Below, one piece after another: positions 13,039 through 26,600 of a stretch of DNA of 64,000 nucleotides. A program made the translations under genes and the position numbers. This DNA comes from Mobula hypostoma (Eukaryota): the NCBI RefSeq assembly GCF_963921235.1, contig NC_086108.1, forward strand, positions 21,886,001 to 21,950,000, given 5' to 3'. Numbering within the stretch: the stretch's first letter is position 1; each line of letters starts with the position of its first letter. The notes under the pieces were generated by a model. That model was not told where the DNA came from. It saw nothing but the letters and a program-made list of their open reading frames with translations, and made no database searches.

Positions 13039-14603
13039 TAGGTGTCCCCCACTTTTCGAACGTTCGCTTTACAAAACCTCACTGTTACGAAAGACCTACA
13101 TTAGTTCCGTTTTCGCTAACAGAAGGTGTTCTCACTGTTACGAAGAAAAGCAGCAGCGAGAAAAAGGCAGCGCGCGATAAAAGGTAGCGCGCGCCCCAAG
13201 CAGCCGCTCTTCCCCGGATTCGGAACTGCATTCTAGCCGGCATTGCTTTAACACATGCCTGTGAGCAGCCGTTTACAAAATGGGTTCTAAGGTATCGGAA
13301 AAGCCTAAAAGAGCTGGTAAGGGTGTTACACTCAGCGTAAAACTAGACATAATTAAGCATTTCGATCGTGGTGAATGCAGTAAGGACAACGTGAGTCTGG
13401 CTTGTGGAAGTTGACGAAGGTGATGTTGAAGAGGTTTTGGCATCCCATGACCAAGAACTGATAGATGAAGAGCTGATGCAATTGGAAGAGGAAAGGATAA
13501 CAATCGAAACCAAATGAGTAATCATAAAGTACGACTTTAATTTTGAAAGGGTACTTGGGTTTAGAGCGTATTTGCAAGATGGTTTGAGTCCTTACAAAGA
13601 ACTGTATGATCTAAAAATACGCGAGGCTCAGCAGTCAAGCAAGCCTTCCACATCAGCCACAGCAGACGATGAACCTCGACCTTCGACATCGAGGCAGGCA
13701 GAGATAGGAGAAGGTGACCTCCCTGCCCTGATCGATGATGAGATGACACCCCAGTGTCCCACCTCCCCAACCCCTGGGCCGCGGACAGATACCGATTCAC
13801 GGAGAATGCAGCAGTAGCCGGGAGGCACGCAACGTATCTTTAAGAAAAAAGCCGAAATAAACATGGTAATTAATTAGGTGCCAACCGGCACATAATTGTT
13901 GGCCCAGATCAGAGACGATTACGGATTGCATTGCCTCTGATCTGGGCCGTCATTTATATGCCGGGCGGCACCTAATTAATTAGCATGTTTGTTTTGGCTT
14001 TTTTCTTAAAGATGTGCTGTATGCCTCCCGGCTACCGCTGTACCCCTGCATGCTTTGCGGATCGGTATCGGTTTGCTGCCTAGAGGGTGGGGGCCACTGC
14101 ACCACCCAAACTCCGACGACTCAGCCTAACACATCATCATCAGTGTGCTCAGCGCTGTCTTCCTGATTCCCGTAAGTGATACTACACTGTACATACATTA
14201 TTTCTACTTTATATAGGCTATGTATTTTTACGTGTTATTTGGTATGATTTGGCAGCTTCATAGCTTAAAGGTTATTGCAGAGCGCTTGTGCCATGTTTTT
14301 GCCGAGAGCGCTTGCGTGAGATTTTCGCTATGGAGAACAGTGCCGGCAATGATTGCGGAAAAGTATTTCTACTTTATATAGGCTGTGTATTTATCATATC
14401 ATTTCTGGCTTTACTAAATGTTACTGTTATTTTAGGTTTTGTGTGTTATTTGACGTGATTTGGTAGGTTATTTTTGGGTCTGCGAACACTCACAAAATTT
14501 TCCCATATAAATAAATGGTAATTGCTTCTTCGCTTTACGACATTTCGGCTTACGAACCGTTTCATAGGAACACTCTACCTTCGGATGGGGGGGGGCAAAC
14601 CTG
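13039..14603 (+). mobile_element. Internally deleted Tigger DNA transposon, copy 2 (inverted relative to copy 1)
   Basis: Termini are TAGGTGTCCCCC ... GCAAACCTG-ta. ATG near 13280 gives MGSKVSEKPKRAGKGVTLSVKLDIIKHFDRGE, a psq/CENP-B-type HTH N-terminus, joined to an acidic C-terminal remnant. It is a reverse-complement homologue of 7460-9011. Confidence 0.82.
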
Positions 14604-16469
14604 TATTCTACATCTAAAATGTTACTATTTTAATGTGTCACCCATTATCCTCTTTCAATTTTTGTACATGTATTTGGTTCTACTGCATCTTGTCTAAATT
14701 TTTTCTCCAGTTCAAGGTTTTGCATTACCTGTCATGCTTCTGTCTTACACTGTCCCCTAATGAAGCATTATTTCCAATTCTACTGCTGGTTAACCCTCCC
14801 TTATCCCTCCCTGATGATTGTATGTTCTAGTATCAATTGTTCGGCGACAATAAAGTATAAAGTATTTCTCGTTTCTACTGTTATATGTATTTGCTTACCC
14901 CAATGCCATTTTAGTTCAAACCTTTCCAACTACATGAGTGAACCTTTTCAAAAACTGATTCTTGTCCTGTCAAAACGCAATACACCCATATTGAACTGGT
15001 CCCAGTTCCCCATGAAATTAAAGCATCATCTTGAGACAAATGTTAGTCTGCCTTCTAATCCTAATCTCAAAATGTAAAACATAGAACTGGACATTATCCC
15101 TTAAGCATTTACTTTCAAAATTCTTCAATAGCTCCTGAGAATCTGACTGTAGGATCTTAATCCTATTTCTCCTTATCTGTGTGTGTGTTTGTGTTATGAT
15201 CAAAGAATGTCATTTATTCTGGGTCTTCCCCAAACATTGGCAACCTGCTTCTATTTGAACACTTTACTATATGATCAATTTTTCATTGATTTAGAAATTT
15301 GGTGAAGACATTTCATGAGAGATTGGATAGGTGGAGAGAAAAAAGAACACCTTTTCATATGATTAACTGTGATTATTGTCAAATTATAGCCAACTTGTGA
15401 CAGTAATCGATCAGGTAATGAAAACAAAAGGTTATGATTTGGTTGGGTGATGCATGGCTCTTGACTCCACAGTGTATCAATTATATGTGAAGAAATGAAA
15501 GTTTGTTGGATTTCTAATTACATGCAGTTTATCATGTAACCACACTGATTTTTTTGTCTTATGTTCAGCACTTCTATACTATTTTTTGCTTTTCCTTGCT
15601 AGGTTGGTTTAATGCTTGTAATTCTCTCAAAATAAAATGTATTTACATGCTTCAATGTAATTTCAACAAAAATTGGTGTGTGTGAGTTAAAAATATGAGC
15701 AGAATGATGGAAAATGAATTGAAGCAAGCTTGCAATAATGTCATTCACTGTCAAAAGGTAAATATGTAAATTATTTGTGCCTATATTTCACATGCACCCA
15801 ATCAAAAATATCGTGCAAGGTTGACTTACTTTAAGCAGTGGTTCAAACCTTCAAATACTAAAAGCCTACTATATGAGCATTTATTGTTAATATAGTACTG
15901 TGCTACCATTGGCAGACAACCTTTTAAATTGATTTAGGTGTGAATCAAATTCACAGAAATTGTCTAAGTTGATATAAGTGCCCATTAAACTGATGTTCAG
16001 AGCTGTCGGTATAGCTGTCATTTGTGATGAAATGGAAGAATCTTTATAGAGAATAGTTTGGGGTTGGAGTAGTGTGCTTTTGTAGACTCAATGGACAAAA
16101 TTATCAAAAGTTTCTACACATCAGGTAGCCATATTGTATAATTCTACTTGGCTGATCTTACTTTGCATCCCTTTTCTAAAGCTTCACTGGTTCTGGCATT
16201 TAAAGTGCTTATCCAAGTGGTACAAATGTCCAGGATTTTTAAATTATGGCTTTGTTGTGTATTGAGGGTTTCTGCTTAATAGGAAATGGACTCTCGATCC
16301 CCACCATTTATTTAAGATAAAGATGGTTTTGGTTTAAGATGGTGCTGGTGAAAAACAGCAATGATTTGCTGGTAGCAAACAAAGCTATTACCTACTTTAT
16401 TAATCACAATTTTTCTTGGAAATGATCACTGCACTCAATATCCCGTAACTTTAGAGTTGAGTTTTTGAA

Positions 16470-17093
16470 CCCGGCATTTTTGCGGTGTGAAGTTTCGAAG
16501 GTGTTAGATGGTTGCGGCCTGGTGGGTATGGTCTGAATTGAGCCAATGGAACCCAAGAGATTGGTTTGCTGTTTGGCCAATTTAAGCACCAAGTCAGATT
16601 GGAAAGGTTGGGTATGGGCCGAATTCAGGCGGTTGGGCCTGGGCCTGAGAGCATATTGATGTGGCAGGACCTGGGTCTGAGAGTGAGGAACGGACCTGAG
16701 TTATGGCTGATTTAAGCGTTGAGCCAGATTGAAAAGGTTAAGTTGTCAGGGCCGGAGGAGTGGGATGGGCTGGTGTTCATCTTGCTTCTCCGCAAGGTTT
16801 TCTCATTTGTGCGCTGAACTGAGCCGTGGCCTGTAGAGGCTGTAGTGATGACTTGCTTCGTGGCTGTGAACTCCCTTTAGTGAACTTCAGTTCTGACTGT
16901 TATTTGTTTTTATTGTTTGCACGATTTGTTTTTTCCCCGAAACGTTGGGTGTTTGATGGTCTTTTTTAATGGAAAAAAAGCAATAAGACCATTCTTTTTT
17001 TTTCTATTAGGTTTTGTAGCTGCCTATAAGGAGACGAATCTCTAGGTTGGATATAGTATACATACTTTGATAATAAATGTACTTTTAACTTTA
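16470..17093 (+). repeat. Unclassified interspersed retroelement remnant
   Basis: A GC-richer island ending in a LINE/SINE-like tail 'tttgataataaatgtacttttaacttt'. Confidence 0.35.
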
Positions 17094-18218
17094 AAAAATT
17101 TATCCTCAACTCCCTTCTTATCACTGTCCAAATTCAATTAACTTAAATCTATTGATCTCTCTGCTAAAGTAAACATGTTGTTTTCTGTTTGCCTCTCACA
17201 AATTTATATAGTTCAATTAAATCTTGGCCTCTTTCTTTCTCAGAAAATTACCCAAGTCTTGATGTCTAATTTTAAAGCTATAATGCCAAAGCTCTAGCAA
17301 CATCCTCTTAAATCTACTCTGTTATCTTGTGCAATTATCTTTCTCCATGCAGTGCTGCGTAGTCAGAAAAGTATACAGTACAAAGCGGTGGCCCAGTTTC
17401 CGTTTACTTGTTGTCTGTTCATTATATACTACTAAAACTCTTATGCTCTGTTTGTGACCTCCAATTAGTGCAAATGGTGCATTACGGTGGCACTTTTTCT
17501 GGCTAAATCGAATTAAAATGCACTAACTTACAGAATTCAGGCAAAGTTCAGGGTTATATATTCATATAAAATTGCTCATTCGCCAAAAATCAACAGGCTC
17601 ACTTTCACCCAAGACCCGATTGGCCATCATGGAAATCGGGACGCGACAGCCCGACGCATGTGCACGGCCAGCCTCAGCAGCAACACCTACCGGAGCAAAA
17701 GGGCAGGGCAGCTCTATTTCGAGGGGTCACATTCTGCTAATCACCATCAGCATGTGCAGGATTGGGTCAGATCTAATGTCCACCCATCAATAAGAGATAA
17801 TTAAATTTTATTGTAATGACGTACTTCGAGACACCCATAAAACCCTTTGCTGCATTCAAAGGACAGCGGTGACTATATCCTGTCCATTAAGGAGAGCGCC
17901 AACCACATCATCAAGAATAATCAACATCCTTTGGTGTTAGCGCTTCGTATCTTCTATCCAGCATTAGAGTAAAAAAAATGGTCAGCCTAATTATGCTGTG
18001 TGGAAGGGGAAGGGGGACATTATGGTCAAGAGATGACGCCAAACGTCGTCGGGAAGCGGCAAGGAAAGGAGAGAACAAGATCGGATGAGGCCAGGGCCGC
18101 ACGACTCCAGGATCAAAGAGTCGGGACAAAAAAAGATGAAAGAAGAAGAGACAGAGGAGGAGAGGCATGCATGTCTCCAGGATCAGAGACAAACAACAAA
18201 CAGCAGAAGAGCTGAAGA

Positions 18219-18397
18219 GACAATAGACAATAGGTGCAGGAGTAAGCCATTCGGCCCTTCGGGCCAGCACCACCATTCACTGTGATCATGGCTGATCATG
18301 CACAATCAGTACCTTATTCCTGCCTTCTCCCCATATCCCTTGACTCCACTATCTTTAAGAACTCTATCTAACTCTTTCTTGAAAGAATCCAGAGAAT
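18219..18397 (-). mobile_element. CR1 LINE extreme 3' fragment
   Basis: Similar to the 3' end of the CR1 at 23648 ('taggtgcaggagta.gccattcggccc'). Minus-strand translation is SLDSFKKELDRVLKDSGVKGYGEKAG. Confidence 0.75.
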
Positions 18398-21300
18398 GAC
18401 AAAAACAGGCACAGGAGGAGGAGAGAGGAAGAGACAAAGGAGCTGAGAAATGCACGTCTCCAGGATCAGAGACAAAGAGCATACAGCAGAAGAGATGAAG
18501 AGACCGGAGGATGAAAGGACTGCACATCTCCAGAATGACAACGAGAAGCACGAGGGTGGCAGATAAACCAGAAATGATGCCATCAAAAATGTCCTTCGTT
18601 AAACGAGGAGGAGCTATATTTGCTTTGCTGTGCATCACTCTTCTTTAATAAACTGAGGTTTTCTACTTCAGTTTCCAAAGCAAAGTGATACCAATAGCAT
18701 TCAGGAAAATTTAATGTTCATTCTGGTCACATCAGACTGCACTACCCTTCTTAAAGGGTGCCCCAACGGGTCACCCCGTTGTCTAGTGTATTTTATACTT
18801 TGGCAAATGAAGATTTTGGAAATAAAGTTTTCAGTATGCCTTTTTGATCTCCACACTTACCTGTCCTGGTATCTTAATGGATTTGTGGACAGAATCCAAA
18901 ATCGATCTGTTCCTTGACCTTTCTCAGTATCCTACCATTTATCACCTATGGCTTTGCCTTGTTTGCCCTTCTCAAATGCATTACTCACACTTGTACAGAT
19001 TGAATTCCACTTGGGCATTTGTGCTATCCTGAACAATCCATTGATATCTTTCCATATTCTTGAGCATACTTCCTCACCATCGGGTACACTGCTACTTTTA
19101 AGTGTGCCAGGTGCCTTAATATATTATATTTTGTCATTTCCATTACTTTACATTCTTCAGTGTAAATGCTTATGTCAACTTCCACTTAATACAGATGGAT
19201 GCAATGTCTTCCTTGAGGATGTTCACAGTTTGTCATTTCAGTCTTCAGTGTGCAGAAGAGCATCTCTAAACATACAGCATGTTGAACTTCGAAGTGGATG
19301 GCAACAGCAGCAGAAGACCGCTGCAGGTTCCACTCCTATACCTAATAAAGTGGCTACCGAGTGCCTTCATGAATCCCTGGCGTGTTTTCAAGGTTTTGTC
19401 ATTGTGTTAAATTGCTTTATTTCATCCTCCTTTCTTCAGTCCAGTTGCTGACTTTCTTGTTGCTTCCTGAGAGTGGTGTCCCTTGGGAATTCTCTTTCCT
19501 GGAGGGCTGTGGAGTCATAATGATTGATTGCTAGAATTCTGGATACTCGAGGCACCGAGGGGTATGGGGACACAGCAGGCTAATTGTGTTGAAGTAGAAA
19601 GTTAGCCAAACTTTCATGGAATGGAGGCGTATATTTGAAGGGCCAAGTGGTCTACTCATGCTTCCATTTCTTATGTTCTTAAGTACATTGCTGTTTTATC
19701 TTGAATGTAGAAATCATTTACATCTGTGTTTTACTGTGGGAAATGAAAATAGATGCAACTTATTCAATGTTCATGGGTTAACGCCTGGCACTGCAAGAAG
19801 AAAATACTGTAAGTATATTTTGAAAATCTAGTGGTTTGAACTCTGGGTGGGAAAACCCAGAGTAAAACTAATTAGAGCATTTATATTTATCATCTCAATT
19901 AACCAAATTGATGTGCTTAGGAATATTTTCAGCTCTGTTTTAATCAAGCTTATTGTGTCAATGAGCTGCAAATCAATCAGACTCATTATTTGAATCAATG
20001 AACTTTATTTGTCCAAAGGAAATTGTGTGCAGATGTAACTGAATGTCTATGTGACTATCAAGAGCAAACGTAATTGAACAAAAGCAAAATACAGTAGATG
20101 CTGAATACAGAAATCCAAAATAAAATTCATAAATTTGGGATTCGGTTGATCAGAGCAGAATTTAAAGCTCAGAATAAGGTGAAGCAGCAATATAGGTCCA
20201 CAAAGCATACAGAGCTGAAATTCTGTGGATGATGGAGAGTCTTTGAACCAAAACATTAATTGTCTTAGCTGTTCCCACAGATTCCCAACAGCTACACATT
20301 TTAGATCTTTCTCTGCATTTCATACACAAGCCACTAAAATTCCTCTGTAAACCAACAAATTTTTGTACACAAAAAGGTTTTTTTCCTCCAAGTTCCTCTC
20401 ATTTTCGTACTTCATGTCCCTTTTGCCATCTTTATATTAATTCTTGTAACTCATCTGCATTCCTTTCCAACTCTGTTTTTCTCGCAGTTTATTTTTCCGT
20501 TAAGCTTTTTATCAGCAAGTTTGTATCTTGTATTCCATATTTTCATCAAAATCATTAATACAGATTGTAAATACCCGAATGCTCCATACTAATTCTTGCC
20601 AAAAATAACACCTAGCCACCATGAAAGAAAGTTTTGTTGACTTTTCATGTAGTTTGAAAAATTTTCCTGTTGATTGTTTTATTTAAATTGAGCCAAAGGA
20701 AGTGTGATGATAGTGGGAATGTGTCTTAAATAATTGATTTATAATGTGTTTTCTCTATTTCCCAAACAAGTTAACTGGAAAAATGAACCAGTTAATAGCA
20801 TTATATCATAGATTAGCTGTTTTCTAATTATATATTCTCAAGGGTTCTATGCTAATTTAATTTATATGTGCTTGAAGAGAAAGGCAGGTTAATATTTCTT
20901 GCTCCATTTGACTGTTCTAATGATCTGCACCCAGTGCTCATGTCAGCACTTCTCTGATAAATATGAAGAACATTTTGATTGAATAATTCTCATTTTTGTG
21001 TTAGTTCAAGTCAGTTAGAATAGTTAAGCCGCCAGAAACAGTTGTGTTTTCAGTCGTGCCAGCTGATGGGTAATTTGTTATATTTGTTTGACCTTGATTG
21101 GATTACTTGCAAAGGTCTGGTATATGAGCTTCAAACTACAGTTGTGTGGTCACAATGTTTTTTGTCCCCCCACCTTCAGTGGCATTTGTGCAGTTGCACT
21201 CAGAATCTGAAGTCACCCTTGATTCTGGGGAACTGATGAGAAAGAGTTGTTTGACCCAGTAAAGAATTATATGTGTATGTATTTTGTCATTGCATTACAA

Positions 21301-21659
21301 TACGGAAAAGTTTACTGCTCAGTTATAGTTGAAATAATTCATAAACAGTTGGCTGTATGTTTGCAAGGTGCTAACGTGGTGGTGGGAAAGGTCTTGTGGG
21401 AATGTTGGGGGAGGATGTCTAATGGAGCATTGGTTGTAGCTCTTATTTCTGAATAATTGTCCCTCTTAACCTTCGCTCAACTTCCTGACAAGAGGCTTTT
21501 TCCCAATCTATTCTTATGTGCTTGAATGCATTTAATTTAATTGCATTACTTTTTCATTGGGGACCACATTTTTGAAAATAAAAGAAGAGTATCTAAGCTG
21601 CTTAGTGTCACTTGATTCTTAAATTTCCTTCTACTTCCTTAACCAACACTTAACATACA

Positions 21660-22230
21660 AATACACACAAAATACTACAGGAACTCAGCAAGCCAGGTAG
21701 GAGGGAAATGAACGGTCGACATTTGGGCAAAGACCCTTCTTCAGGATTGGAAAGGAAGATATTAGGCTTGTGGTACTGGGCAGCCCGGTGACCGTGAATA
21801 ACACATGAGAGACAGAGAGGTGAGGAACAAGTGTGCTGCTGTTTATTTACTTGTAAGTCATCTACCCAGAATGCCCTCTCACATTGCGTTCAATATGTAA
21901 CTTACAGGAAAGCTTGACGGTAACCCGTTAGGTTCAAGAAATCCATGAATACATAACAGAAGAGGGCAGAAGCCAGAATAAAAAGATAGGGGGAGAGGGA
22001 AGAGGACAAGCTGGCAGGTAATAGGTGAGTCCAAGTGAGAAGGTCCTGCCAAAGGGTTTCAGTCTGAAATGTCGACTGTACTTTTTTCCCATAGATGCTG
22101 CCTGGCCTGTTGTGGGGTGGGGTGGGTAGGTGAGTTGGAGAGGGGGAATGAAAAGGAATGATAGATGTAAGGAGATGATAGGTGGAAGAGGCAAAGGGCT
22201 GAAGAAGGAATCTGATAAGAGAGGACAGTA
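21660..22230. mobile_element. PLE 3'-end fragments in both orientations, interrupted by a solo LTR
   Basis: Shares the 'ggaactcagc...gacccttc.tcagga' and 'gtcctgcc..agggtttcag..gaaatgtcgactgta' blocks with the other PLE ends. Confidence 0.65.
21760..21958 (-). mobile_element. Short solo LTR with 5 bp TSD
   Basis: TSD GAAGA at 21755-21759 and 21959-21963. Termini are T(A)TTA...TAACA (decayed TG...CA), and AATAAA is on the minus strand at ~21842-21847. Confidence 0.55.
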
Positions 22231-22255
22231 ATTCCCTCCGTGGGTGCTATCTGAC

Positions 22256-22336
22256 TGGGGTTCCCAACCTAGGGTTCACGGACCCCTTGATTAGTGATAT
22301 TGGACCATGGCATAAAAAGAGGTTGGAAACTTCTAC
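22256..22336. mobile_element. ~80 bp hAT/Charlie-type MITE
   Basis: Inverted ends 'ggggttcccaacc...ggttggaaac'. It is a reverse homologue of 41731-41810. Confidence 0.55.
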
Positions 22337-22777
22337 TCAATGAAGTAATAATGCTCTACTTGATGTTGCAATAATGACTGGTGACCAGATGAAGTATCAT
22401 GTAGTTGGAGAATCTCCTGGCATTTGCTTTCACAACGCAACAGTTCATCATTGAGGTTGTGCTCCCACTTTGGATTTAGTTTCAGAAAAGTTAAGTTTTA
22501 CAGAATATTCATTGTATCTGATTTGCTTGTTTTAAATGCATGTTTTTTTGCATTGCCAGCAAGAGTTGGATTAACTTATCCTTGCTTGAGTCATATTATT
22601 GCACTTGATGAGATCATTGACTACTACAGCACTGTGATTAAGTCATAAGTCTGTATAGAATGAAGGAGCGTGTATTCTCGCAATTACTTTTTATTATAGT
22701 TCTTTTGAGACTGATCTTTCGAATGTCATTTGGTATCTTAATTTGGAAACTATATTTATATAGCAACTTTAATGGAT

Positions 22778-23058
22778 GGCACGGTAGCATAGTGGTTAGC
22801 ACAACACTTCTCAGAACTGGCGACCCGGTTCAATTCCTGCTACTGCCCGTAAGGAGTTTGTACATTCTTTTTGTGACAGTGTGGGCTTCCTCCCAGTGCT
22901 CCAGTTTCCTCATGCAATCTAAAGGCGTACTGATTAGTAGCTTAATTGGTCATTGTAAATTGTCCTGTGATTAGTCTTGGAGTAAATCGGGAGATTGCCG
23001 GGCGGTGTGGCTCATAAGGCCAGAAAGGCTTATTCCACACTGTATCTCAATAAATAAA
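22778..23058 (+). mobile_element. tRNA-derived SINE (V-SINE-like)
   Basis: Has an A box 'tagcatagtgg', a B box 'ggttcaattcc', a central 'gtgggcttcctcccagtgctccagtttcctc' V-domain-like core, and a CR1-like tail ending 'tgtatctcaataaataaa'. Confidence 0.75.
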
Positions 23059-23647
23059 ATGACTCCAGCAGTTTCACATCTATGTTATCAAAGCCATTAT
23101 GATGCTGATGGAATGAGAATCAGGTAGAGGTAAACAAATGTTGAAGTTCTTTTTCAGGAGAAGATCAGAGTGGGGAGGGAGGTTGATGTAGGGAATTTTA
23201 GAACTGTAAGGCTTTGATGTCTCAATATAAAACAGCCACTTGCTGGAAGAACTAAATATGGGAAGTCAAAATTGGATTTCAGTACGGCCCTCAAAGGGTT
23301 TGTGGAGATCATACAGATGGGGAGGGAGGAAACCATAGAAGAGTTTGGAGGCGGGGGATGTGAGTGTCTTGAAGCTGGAACATTTCTGATTAATATGGAC
23401 TGTCGGCTAAGCATGCCCAAGAATGATAGATTAACAGAATTCGGTGTAAGTCAGAATCGAGCTTCCAGTAAGACTCCGGCATGCTTAGATTCAGCGGCCA
23501 CTCTGGGTAATATTAAAGATGTTTTTGTTTGTTTTGGTCTTTTTATACAATCGCAAGTCACTGCTGGATACTAAGACCATCATGTACTGCATGACTATCC
23601 TATCATTGAGTTGTTTGTTAGTAATGAAGCTGGCCATTGCAAGCCAT

Positions 23648-26600
23648 TAGAAACATAGAAACACAGAAAATAGGTGCAGGAGTAGGCCATTCGGCCCTTC
23701 GAGCCTGCACCGCCATTTATTATGATCATGGCTGATCATCCAACTCAGAACCCCGCCCCAGCCTTCCCTCCATACCCCCTGATCCCCATAGCCACAAGGG
23801 CCATATCTAACTCCCTCTTAAACATAGCCAATGAACTGGCCTCAACTGTTTCCTGTGGCAGAGAATTCCACAGATTCACCACTCTCTGTGTGAAGAAGTT
23901 TTTCCTAATCTCGGTCCTAAAAGGCTTCCCCTTTATTCTCAAACTGTGGCCCCTTGTTCTGGACTTCCCCAACATCGGGAACAATCTTCCTGCATCTAGC
24001 CTGTCCAATCCCTTTAGGATTTTATACGTTTCAATCAGATCCCCCCTCAATCTTCTAAATTCCAACGAGTACAAGCCCAGTTCATCCTGTCTTTCTTCAT
24101 ATGAAAGTCCTGCCATCCCAGGAATCAATCTGGTGAACCTTCTTTGTACTCCCTCTAAGGCAAGGAGGTCTTTCCTCAGATTAGGGGACAAAAACTGCAC
24201 ACAATACTCCAGGTGTGGTCTCACCAAGGCCTTGTACAACTGCAGTAGTACCTCCCTGCTCCTGTACTTGAATCCCCTCGCTATAAATGCCAGCATACCA
24301 TTCGCCTTTTTCACCGCCTGCTGTACCTGCATGCCCACTTTCAATGACTGGTGTATAATGACACCCAGGTCTCGTTGCACCTCCCCTTTTCCTAATCGGC
24401 CACCATTCAGATAATAATCTGTTTTCCTATTTTTGCCACCAAAGTGGATAACTTCACATTTATCCACATTAAATTGCATCTGCCATGAATTTGCCCACTC
24501 ACCCAACCTATCCAAGTCACCCTGCATCCTCTTAGCATCCTCCTCACTGCTAACACTGCCACCCAGCTTCGTGTCATCCGCAAACTTGGAGATGCTGCAT
24601 TTAATTCCCTCATCCAAGTCATTAATATATATTGTAAACAACTGGGGTCCCAGCACTGAGCCTTGCGGTACCCCACTAGTCACCGCCTGCCATTCTGAAA
24701 AGGTCCCGTTTATTCCCACTCTTTGCTTCCTGTCTGCTAACCAATTCTCCATCCACATCAATACCTTACCCCCAATACCGTGTGCTTTAAGTTTGCACAC
24801 TAATCTCCTGTGTGGGACCTTGTCAAAAGCCTTTTGAAAATCCAAATATACCACATCCACTGGTTCTCCCCTATCCACTCTACTAGTTACATCCTCAAAA
24901 AATTCTATGAGATTCGTCAGACATGATTTTCCTTTCACAAATCCATGCTGACTTTGTCTGATGATTTCACCGCTTTCCAAATGTGCTGTTATCACATCTT
25001 TGATAACTGACTCCAGCAGTTTCCCCACCACCGACGTTAGGCTAACCGGTCTATAATTCCCCGGTTTCTCTCTCCCTCCTTTTTTAAAAAGTGGGGTTAC
25101 ATTAGCCACCCTCCAATCCTCAGGAACTAGTCCAGAATCTAACGAGTTTTGAAAAATTATCACTAATGCATCCACTATTTCTTGGGCTACTTCCTTAAGC
25201 ACTCTAGGATGCAGACCATCTGGCCCTGGGGATTTATCTGCCTTCAATCCCTTCAATTTACCTAAACCACTTCCCTACTAACATGTATTTCGCTCAGTTC
25301 CTCCATCTCACTGGACCCTCTGTCCCCTACTATTTCTGGAAGATTATTTATGTCCTCCTTAGTGAAGACAGAACCAAAGTAATTATTCAATTGGTCTGCC
25401 ATGTCCTTGCTCCCCATAATCAATTCACCTGTTTCTGTCTGTAGGGGACCTACATTTGTCTTTACTAGTCTTTTCCTTTTTACATATCTATAAAAGCTTT
25501 TACAGTCAGTTTTTATGTTCCCTGCCAGTTTTCTCTCATAATTTTTTTCCCCCTTCCTAATTAAGCCCTTTGTCCTCCTCTGCTGAAATCTGAATTTCTC
25601 CCAGTCCTCAGGTGAGCCACTTTCTCTGGCTAATTTGTATGCTTCTTCTTTGGAATTGATACTATCCCTAATTTCTCTTGTCAGCCACGGGTGCACTACC
25701 TTCCTTGATTTATTCTTTTGCCAAACTGGGATGAACAATTGTTGTAGTTCATCCATGCAACCTTTAAATGCTTGCCATTGCATATCCACCGTCAATCCTT
25801 TAAGTGTCATTTGCTAGTCTATCTTAGCTAATTCATGTCTCATACCTTCAAAGTTACCCCTCTTTAAGTTCAGAACCTTTGTTTCTGAATTAACTTTGTC
25901 ACTCTCCATCTTACTGAAGAATTCCACCATATTATGGTCACTCTTACCCAAGGGGCCTCTCACGACAAGATTGCTAATTAACCCTTCCTCATTGCTCAGA
26001 ACCCAGTCCAGAATAGCCTGCTCTCTAGTTGGTTCCTCGACATGTTGGTTCAAAAAACCATCCCGCATACATTCCAAGAAATCCTCTTCCTCAGCACCTT
26101 TACAAATTTGGTTCACCCAATCTACATGTAGATTGAAGTCACCCATTATAACTGCTGTTCCTTTATTGCACACATTTCTAATTTCCTGTTTAATACCATC
26201 TCCGACCTCACTACTACTGTTAGGTGGCCTGTACACAACTCCCACCAGCGTCTTCTGCCCCTTAGTGTTACGCAGCTCTACCCATATCGATTCCACATCT
26301 TCCCGGCTTATGTCCTTCCTTTCTATTGCGTTAATCCCTTCTTTAACCAGCAACGCCACCCCACCTCCCCTTCCTTCATGTCTATCCCTCCAAAATATTG
26401 AATATCCCTGAACATTGAGCTCCCATCCTTGGTCACCCTGGAGCTATGTCTCTGTGATCCCAACTATATCATAATCATTAATAACAATCTGCACTTTCAA
26501 TTCATCCACCTTATTACGAATGCTCCTTGCATTGACACACAAAGCCTTCAGGCGCTCTTTTACAACTCTCTTAGCCCTTATACAATTATGTTGAAAAGTG

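Noticed and set aside
18948..19451. 167 aa ORF
   Set aside because: No recognisable domain, no convincing splice signals, and the composition is typical of a chance ORF.
22778..22850. tRNA-like A/B boxes
   Set aside because: No full cloverleaf, and it continues into a SINE body and tail, so it is a SINE head rather than a tRNA gene.
25814..26446. Both CR1 stops are TAG at expected Trp (TGG) codons, suggesting APOBEC-like G-to-A editing
   Set aside because: Only two events, and Trp codons are a common route to stops. I cannot show an excess of G-to-A changes without a consensus.
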